This document shows positions 58,221 through 64,000 of a stretch of 64,000 nt of DNA, in pieces (the stretch's first letter is position 1; the number at the start of each line of letters is the position of its first letter). Origin of the DNA: Candidatus Micrarchaeota archaeon. Lineage in GTDB: Archaea; Micrarchaeota; Micrarchaeia; Anstonellales; Bilamarchaeaceae. The notes under the pieces are model-generated. The model made no database searches, was not told where the DNA came from, and was given only the letters and a program-made list of their open reading frames with translations. Both the position numbers and the translations under genes were made by a program. The DNA lies in NCBI GenBank assembly GCA_016932815.1, contig JAFGCC010000014.1:80129-144128 (forward strand). The letters run 5' to 3'.

Positions 58221-58730
58221 TCACCAGGGCACCTTCTTTAGGCCTGCGCGGTTTGCCAGCACGTTGGTTAGCACGTGTAGGGCGTAGGAAACGACTATTA
58301 TGAATGCGAGGTTGGGGAACGTATAGATGGGCTCTGCAAAGGGGTAGGCGAAAACCAGGCCGCCCACTACGAAATCCATCTGGTCAACCACGTTGAACTG
58401 CTTTCCCTCCCCGATTTTTAGCCTGCGCTTTAGGAAGCTTCCGGCAAGGTCGCCAATTAGGGCGCCTACTGCGAGCATTATGCCGCTTAGGAGGAGTGTT
58501 TGGGGATTGTTGAATATGAGGTTGGGCCAGAATTGGGAGATGAGGAGTGATGCTAAGACGCCCACTACGATTCCGCCTGCGAAGCCGCGGACGGTCTTGG
58601 TTTTCCCGAATAAGGGGTTGCCGTCTGCGAGCTTTATGCCCATGTCCATGCGGGGGCCTCCGCCTAGGAGAACCGGGGCGGCGTTTGCGGCGTAGCAGGG
58701 AACCATGAATGAGAGCAGTTGGAGCCACAT
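58221..58730 (-). CDS. carS: CDP-archaeol synthase
   Basis: ANAAPV, DGNPLFGKTKT, GDLAGSFLKRR, DQMDF, KKVPW. Confidence 0.95.
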   Translation of the reverse strand: MWLQLLSFMVPCYAANAAPVLLGGGPRMDMGIKLADGNPLFGKTKTVRGFAGGIVVGVLASLLISQFWPNLIFNNPQTLLLSGIMLAVGALIGDLAGSFLKRRLKIGEGKQFNVVDQMDFVVGGLVFAYPFAEPIYTFPNLAFIIVVSYALHVLTNVLANRAGLKKVPW

Positions 58731-58800
58731 TGGGAATCGTGGTTCCTTCCCGAATAATATTTATAAAGCATTACTTATCCCGGATTCCCTTTGGCCCCCC

Positions 58801-59559
58801 TCATTTTTCGCCGATGTTGAAGATGTCCTGCTCCAGCGACTTTTTGGATTTTAGTTCGGTGAGCACGTAAGTTAGGAGGATTGCCTTGATGCGCTCGTAG
58901 GATTCCTTTCCTACTGGAACGTTGCATACTGCATACCTGAGGTTCTTGGCATTTGAGCAGAAAAGCGCATCATGCACGTTTTCGCAGTTGTGGCAGAAAT
59001 AGGCTCTTGAGCACTCCTTTAGGGAATCGCACTCAAAGCAGCAGGTGCATTTTACGCAGTTGTAGCAGTTGATGCAGTATTTTGAGTAGAAGAGGCGGTA
59101 GCACCCAAACGAGTATTCTGCGAACTTCGTGTAGGAAGTGTGGGAGACCCATTTGGAATTGAATGCGTCCTGGGACTTGTAGGTGTTGAGGGTATCTTCC
59201 ACCCCGATTGTTTCTGGGTTGTTGCGGTCTTCGCCCTTGCGCATGTCCAAATTGAAGAGGGCTATTTTTGCAAACTCGCCCACCACGCCTTTGAGGGTGG
59301 AGAGATTTGCGGGCTGCAAGCTAAGCTGGCGCGCTTCCTTTATCTCATCGAAGCCGAGTATGCGATTGCTGGGAATCTTCTCCATGAATGCGTATTGGAG
59401 AATCAGGCGCAGCTTCTTTGAGTGGAAAAACGAGTTGCAGGTGCGCTCCTGCCCAAGGTGGCGCATGAGCCAGGGGCCATACGAGTCTATTCCCTCCAGG
59501 GGCCCTCCGAGGATTAGCCTGGCAGTAGTCGAGAAGGCGTTTTCCGCTTCTGCGCTCAT
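58801..59559 (-). CDS. Cys-rich beta-solenoid-like hypothetical protein
   Basis: CINCYNCVKCTCCFEC...FCHNCENVHDALFCSNAKNLRYAVCN...KESY; start overlaps the stop of the upstream paralog. Confidence 0.7.
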   Translation of the reverse strand: MSAEAENAFSTTARLILGGPLEGIDSYGPWLMRHLGQERTCNSFFHSKKLRLILQYAFMEKIPSNRILGFDEIKEARQLSLQPANLSTLKGVVGEFAKIALFNLDMRKGEDRNNPETIGVEDTLNTYKSQDAFNSKWVSHTSYTKFAEYSFGCYRLFYSKYCINCYNCVKCTCCFECDSLKECSRAYFCHNCENVHDALFCSNAKNLRYAVCNVPVGKESYERIKAILLTYVLTELKSKKSLEQDIFNIGEK

Positions 59560-60344
59560 TTGGCACCGCCTCCTGCTAGCTCGAAAATCGTGGGGAAGGA
59601 TTTTTTGCTCTGGATTTCTAGTGCTATTTCCCCTAGGAGCTTCTGCTTGAGGGGAAAATATTCCTCCCTTGGGAGGGGAATGTTGCCTATCATGAATTTT
59701 GCATTCACCTGGTTCATTGAGAAGAGGCATTCCTGGGAGAACTCCATCCTCCAGCAGAAATGCAAGTCCGAGGAGGTATGCGAGTATCCGCTCTGGAAGA
59801 AGCGGCTTGAGAGGTAGTTGTGGTAGCTTTTAACCATGAAGTTGCAGAAGGCTGAATAGGTGCAGCCGAATATGTATTTGGAATTTAGGAGGATATCCGA
59901 ATAGCAGGAATACTGGGAATTGTATGCGGCGTTGGTTTGGTGCATGAAGCCGCAGTCCATTATCCCATCAGAAGATGTGATTTCGAAGTTCTTTCCCAGG
60001 TGCTTGTCCCCGCAATAGGAGAAATTCTCCTTTGCGGCGGTTAGGAGTGAATCTATGTCTTTTATTTCGTTTATGCTGAATTTTGGGGGCGGGAGGAGTG
60101 GGCACTCCGAATCTGAGAGGAACGTTCCCTTTTTGGGGTATTGGGGGGAATAGAGGAACACCTCTTTTTTAGAGATGAAGGACTTGCGTGCTGTTGGGGG
60201 CGGGGCGGTGGAAGTGAGGAATCCCCTTAGTTCCTCTAGGCCGCCCAGCTCGCTGCCGATTGTGCTCCTGCAGGCGCTGCGGAATGCGGAATCGAGCTTT
60301 TGGAGGAGGAGCTTTTCCTTTGCCGAGGCTCCGGGATTGTTCAT
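59556..60344 (-). CDS. Paralog of 58801..59559 with fewer cysteines
   Basis: Shared layout: AF...R...G.ELG.LE, solenoid, LFS.N..N.K..I.N.P..REEY..LK..LL..I..E..SKKS...IF. Confidence 0.7.
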   Translation of the reverse strand: MNNPGASAKEKLLLQKLDSAFRSACRSTIGSELGGLEELRGFLTSTAPPPTARKSFISKKEVFLYSPQYPKKGTFLSDSECPLLPPPKFSINEIKDIDSLLTAAKENFSYCGDKHLGKNFEITSSDGIMDCGFMHQTNAAYNSQYSCYSDILLNSKYIFGCTYSAFCNFMVKSYHNYLSSRFFQSGYSHTSSDLHFCWRMEFSQECLFSMNQVNAKFMIGNIPLPREEYFPLKQKLLGEIALEIQSKKSFPTIFELAGGGAK

Positions 60345-60444
60345 GGGGGTTTTCGCGGGTTCCGGGCTATTTATTGTTTATTGTCCCCCTGGGGGGTAGC
60401 AGTAGGGATGGGGTTAATAAGGGATGCGTGCAGAGAAACTGTGC

Positions 60445-61194
60445 ATGAACACTAAGGTGCTGGAGGAAATCGGGCTCACGGAAGGGGAAACCAGGGTTTA
60501 TTTGGCGTTGCTTAAACTGGGCTCGACTAAAACGGGGGCTCTTGCTTCGAAAGCCGGGGTTTCCTCTTCAAAGGTGTATAAGATACTCGATAGGCTGGAG
60601 AAGAAGGGGCTTGTGGGGCACGTATTGAAGGGGGAAATCAAGCACTTTAGCGCGCTTGAGCCTGAGAGGCTGCTGGATTACGTGGAGAAAAAGGAGGCGC
60701 AGCTCTCAGAGAAAAAGCGGCTCGTTGAGAGGATGCTCCCCGAACTTCGGAAGCAGAGGGGCTTGGGGGAGAAATCCGAGGCCACTGTGTATTCGGGATT
60801 CAGGGCGGCAACCAACTTTTTTAGGGGGATAGTCGATGAGCTTGGGGGCGGGGAAACATATTACGTTATTGGAGCGGGGTACGGGGAAGGGGTTCCGGGG
60901 CTGTATGATTTTTTCTACAAGCACCACCAGAGGAGGGCGAAAAAGGGGGTGAGGGTGAAAATGCTTGCAAACCACAATGTGAGGGATACGCTTGTGGAGA
61001 CCGTGTGGCTCAAGTCGGAAATAAGGTTCCTCCCAGAATACCTGATTACGAACATGGAGATTGTTTTTTACCGCGACAAGGTTTACATAATACTGGCGGG
61101 AGACGAGCTTGTGGGGTTCCTGCTTGAGAATGCGGAAGCGGCAAAAGGCTTTAGGAAATACTTCAATATGCTATGGGGGATGTCCGAAAAATAA
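60445..61194 (+). CDS. TrmB family transcriptional regulator
   Basis: IGLTEGETRVYLALLKLG...SKVYKILDRLEKKGLV wHTH plus PLD-like C-terminal domain. Confidence 0.9.
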   Translation: MNTKVLEEIGLTEGETRVYLALLKLGSTKTGALASKAGVSSSKVYKILDRLEKKGLVGHVLKGEIKHFSALEPERLLDYVEKKEAQLSEKKRLVERMLPELRKQRGLGEKSEATVYSGFRAATNFFRGIVDELGGGETYYVIGAGYGEGVPGLYDFFYKHHQRRAKKGVRVKMLANHNVRDTLVETVWLKSEIRFLPEYLITNMEIVFYRDKVYIILAGDELVGFLLENAEAAKGFRKYFNMLWGMSEK

Positions 61195-61256
61195 GCCGGA
61201 TAATTGTGCAAAGCCAAAAACATAGATATTTAAACATTTTATGACACATCTTTTGC

Positions 61257-63359
61257 ATGGGCTCAGACAGGAGGAGGAAGAAACCGGAACATAGCATAGC
61301 GATAGCTCCGGCTGAGCATTTCTCCAGGCAGGGCATATTGATCTCGGGAGTATGGAGCGGAGCCCCGGACAAGAAGAAAATGGAGGAGGCCCTGAAGGTG
61401 GGGCAGGCATTTGCAAGCTCCGCAAAAGACTGCTCTTATGAAGAGGTCATAGGCTACTTCGGCGCGATTGAGGGCCTAATGGATTCCTTGCAGCAGGCGG
61501 AGAGGGGGCTTAGGATAGTGCTTGCAGACCGCATGATGAATGGGGCAAACGAATACGTAAAGTCTCATCCTGGTTCAAGAGAGAAGGTTCTGGAGATTGC
61601 GCTTCCCGCCCTGAGGAAAATCTGCCGGTTCTCAGACGTGGATGAAATGTGCCAGTTTACCGGGTACTGCATATCCAACCTTACAATCGCAGAGCCCGCA
61701 AAAAGCCTGATGACGCTGAAAGTTGCAATGGAGGTTGAGGGAATCGGGGAGAGCCTCCGCCTGCCGGAACTGGTAATGGGGGCGCTAATAGCGTCTCGGA
61801 GCCAGGATAGCGGGGTCCGCAAGGCTGCGAGGGAATTCGCAGGCAGGTTCTCGGCTTCCGGGCGGGGTACCACCATAATGTCTTCTGGGAAAGACGGCTC
61901 TGAGGCTGCAAGGGAATTCCTTGCGGCTGCGGAAAGCGATGAACACGTTGGGCTGGTTTTCAAGTTCGCATACGCCTGCGCAATCAAGGGAAGCAAGTGG
62001 GGGATGGAAGTTGCAAAGGAAATAATCCTGGAGCGGGAGAATCCTCCTCTTAGCAGGGAGCGCTTCGTTGAGGCGGTTGCCGAGGCCATGGAAGGGGCGA
62101 ATGCCGCCAACCAGAGCGACCCTGAGGGAGTCCAGGAAAGATTCGGGGGCCTAATGAAGCTTATGAAAGAGAGGGGATGGTGGAAGGATTCTGCCTCCAA
62201 AAAAGCGGAGGCTGCGGTGCCGGTAGGGGAAGTCACCGAAGAAGAGGGCTACCCCGTATTGAGCATAATTGCATTGGGGGAGATAGGCAAAAGCCTTGCA
62301 ATGTCCAACAAGGCGCTGCCTTTGCCCAGGATAGCAGAGGTAGTCAGGGACGTCATCAAGACCCTTGAGGGCAAGAGCGGATTCGGGATTGGAATCCGGA
62401 TTGGGGTGCTCGATTCTATTTTGTACAGCGTGAAAAATTATGTTGATGCGTATCCCGATTCTCTTGGGAAGGTGGAAGCGATTGCGCTCCCCGCTCTGGC
62501 AAAGCTTTGCGAATTTGAGAAGCCGGAGGAGGATTTCGCAAGATTCACGCAGTATTGCGAGGGGCGTGCGAGGGGGGACGAAACTACCGAATATATGTTG
62601 CTGAGGCTGTTTGCGCAAATCGGGGAAGCGGGCATCAGGGCATTTGGATCTGCCAAGGGATTCCCGCTGATAGCGGACAGGAACATGCTGTCCTGGGAAT
62701 CTATTAAGAGGCAGGCCGGGAGGGAAATCGTGGGCGTGGTTGGAGGAAGGTTTGAGTGTATTGCGGGGGTTTATAGGGCAACGGGGGATTGCTCGGCGGA
62801 GGTTGCGGAATTCCTGAAAAACGAAATGCGCAAGCCCGTAATCGATGGAATGTTCAACCAGTCCTATGTTGCGGCCCTGCGGGGCAGCACCTGGGGCATG
62901 AACGTTGCAACGCAGATGATTAATCAGATGGATGAGGCGCCCTTATCTGCAGAAGCTTTTTCCGTTCTTAGGGGGAGGGCGCTTGAGGGATGGCATGGGC
63001 AGTGGGGGCCAAGGGGGGTGGAGGAAGCCGGGGTGCTCAGCAGGGTGTGCGGATGGGCCGCAGAAGAGCAGGTCCAAATGGAGGAATTGGGGGAGATGGG
63101 GCAGATGGTCCATAATAGGCGCAGGCTTCGGGAAGAACGGCTTGATTCCGCAATCAGGGCGGCAAGGAAGCTAGACTGGCTGATGAGGGAGAACAGGTGG
63201 AGCTGTGTTGGCTGCGGAAAGGAAAATGCGGATGAGGGCGGGCACTCATACAGGCTTGGCCTTGCGAGGATGAGGCTGCGCCAGGCGCGCGAGCACCTCC
63301 TAAAGAACCACCCGCCGGGGAGGCAGGCAGTGCAACTCCCAATGCCCAGGCCAAAATAG
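61257..63359 (+). CDS. Hypothetical helical protein with internal duplication
   Basis: Two copies of YVxxxPxSxxKVxxIALPALxKxCxF...YxxAxxGSxWGMxVA...PLSxExF...LMxExxW. Confidence 0.8.
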   Translation: MGSDRRRKKPEHSIAIAPAEHFSRQGILISGVWSGAPDKKKMEEALKVGQAFASSAKDCSYEEVIGYFGAIEGLMDSLQQAERGLRIVLADRMMNGANEYVKSHPGSREKVLEIALPALRKICRFSDVDEMCQFTGYCISNLTIAEPAKSLMTLKVAMEVEGIGESLRLPELVMGALIASRSQDSGVRKAAREFAGRFSASGRGTTIMSSGKDGSEAAREFLAAAESDEHVGLVFKFAYACAIKGSKWGMEVAKEIILERENPPLSRERFVEAVAEAMEGANAANQSDPEGVQERFGGLMKLMKERGWWKDSASKKAEAAVPVGEVTEEEGYPVLSIIALGEIGKSLAMSNKALPLPRIAEVVRDVIKTLEGKSGFGIGIRIGVLDSILYSVKNYVDAYPDSLGKVEAIALPALAKLCEFEKPEEDFARFTQYCEGRARGDETTEYMLLRLFAQIGEAGIRAFGSAKGFPLIADRNMLSWESIKRQAGREIVGVVGGRFECIAGVYRATGDCSAEVAEFLKNEMRKPVIDGMFNQSYVAALRGSTWGMNVATQMINQMDEAPLSAEAFSVLRGRALEGWHGQWGPRGVEEAGVLSRVCGWAAEEQVQMEELGEMGQMVHNRRRLREERLDSAIRAARKLDWLMRENRWSCVGCGKENADEGGHSYRLGLARMRLRQAREHLLKNHPPGRQAVQLPMPRPK

Positions 63360-63414
63360 GCGGGAAGCGGGAAATCCGGCAGGTATTTAAGCAACTTAAG
63401 GCAGATAATTTTGC

Positions 63415-64000
63415 ATGGGCCCAGCTCTCAAAAGGGACATTGATACAAGCGTTTCGTTTGGAACGGGGGATTTCTCCGCGCCCCTTGTTTATGCGCCAAA
63501 ATCCTTTGAGGAATTCTCCCCTGAAGCAGCAAGGAAGGGGATTCTCGGGATAGGAAAGCGGATGGAAGAGAGCTGGGAGGGCATTGCGCTGCCGCCTGGG
63601 AAAATGGAGGTTACTTTCGCGGTTATTGAGGGTTTCCTTGAGGCGGGAGCATACCTTAGCGTTTCCGAGAGGCTGAACCTTGTTGATGACGTAATTATGA
63701 CCGCCGGGAACTGCATGGAGGCATATCCGGATGGCCGCGAGGGGGCAATGAATGCCGCTTTGCCGCTTCTTGGGAAATTGTTCATGCTTGAAGATAAGGG
63801 CAGGATGCTCCTAAGCCTCACCCCATACGTGAAAGTGAGCCTGGAGGATGGGTACGAACTAAAGAAACATTTCATGCTCAGGCTGCTTGCGAGGATGGAT
63901 GAGGGAGGAGCGGAGATATTCTGGAGTTCGGATTCTGTCCGTGATTCCGTGCTTTCTGCGGCAACGAGCTGGAATGGGGAACTGAGGAGGGCCGCAAGGG
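63415..64000 (+). CDS. Paralog of 61257..63359 (3'-truncated by window edge)
   Basis: Manually translated open frame MGPALKRD...VIEGFL...AYPDGREGAMNAALPLLGKL...LRRAAR; same TTTTGCATGGGC start context. Confidence 0.7.
   Translation, partial: MGPALKRDIDTSVSFGTGDFSAPLVYAPKSFEEFSPEAARKGILGIGKRMEESWEGIALPPGKMEVTFAVIEGFLEAGAYLSVSERLNLVDDVIMTAGNCMEAYPDGREGAMNAALPLLGKLFMLEDKGRMLLSLTPYVKVSLEDGYELKKHFMLRLLARMDEGGAEIFWSSDSVRDSVLSAATSWNGELRRAAR

Noticed and set aside
63489-63875. Minus-strand 128-aa ORF
   Set aside because: Shadow of the plus-strand ORF from 63415, which resembles the upstream gene

Overview
Archaeal chromosomal window read with the standard code. A DPANN lineage, probably Micrarchaeota-like, is my inference from gene content and style, not a computed placement. 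The housekeeping backbone comprises feoB/feoC, tRNA-Ser(TGA), purA, a trimmed exosome superoperon (SBDS-rrp4-rrp41-rrp42-rpl37ae-rpoP-pcc1-pfdB-DHH), rpl1-rplP0-rpl12, a metal-dependent deaminase, aIF2beta-aIF1A-RIO1, argS, nnrE, presenilin, trm5, a Nop2/RsmB methylase, leuS, HARP (RNA-free RNase P), NhaP, an RNA ligase, carS and TrmB. Several lineage-specific paralog expansions are interleaved. The most striking is a 14-kb tandem array of seven genes (20100-34104). Each has a variable number of 38-aa helical repeats fused to a C-terminal caspase-fold (clan CD/DUF4347/C80-like) domain with an intact His-Gly...Ser-Cys dyad. The second is a tight operon of six paralogous polytopic membrane proteins resembling CedA/VirB6 channel subunits (48228-55043). 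Smaller items include an unannotated cysteine-free RpoP (Rpo12), a cluster of perfect hairpins behind the tRNA, a Doc toxin with a tiny downstream ORF, and two further modular paralog families. No CRISPR array, rRNA or transposase was seen.
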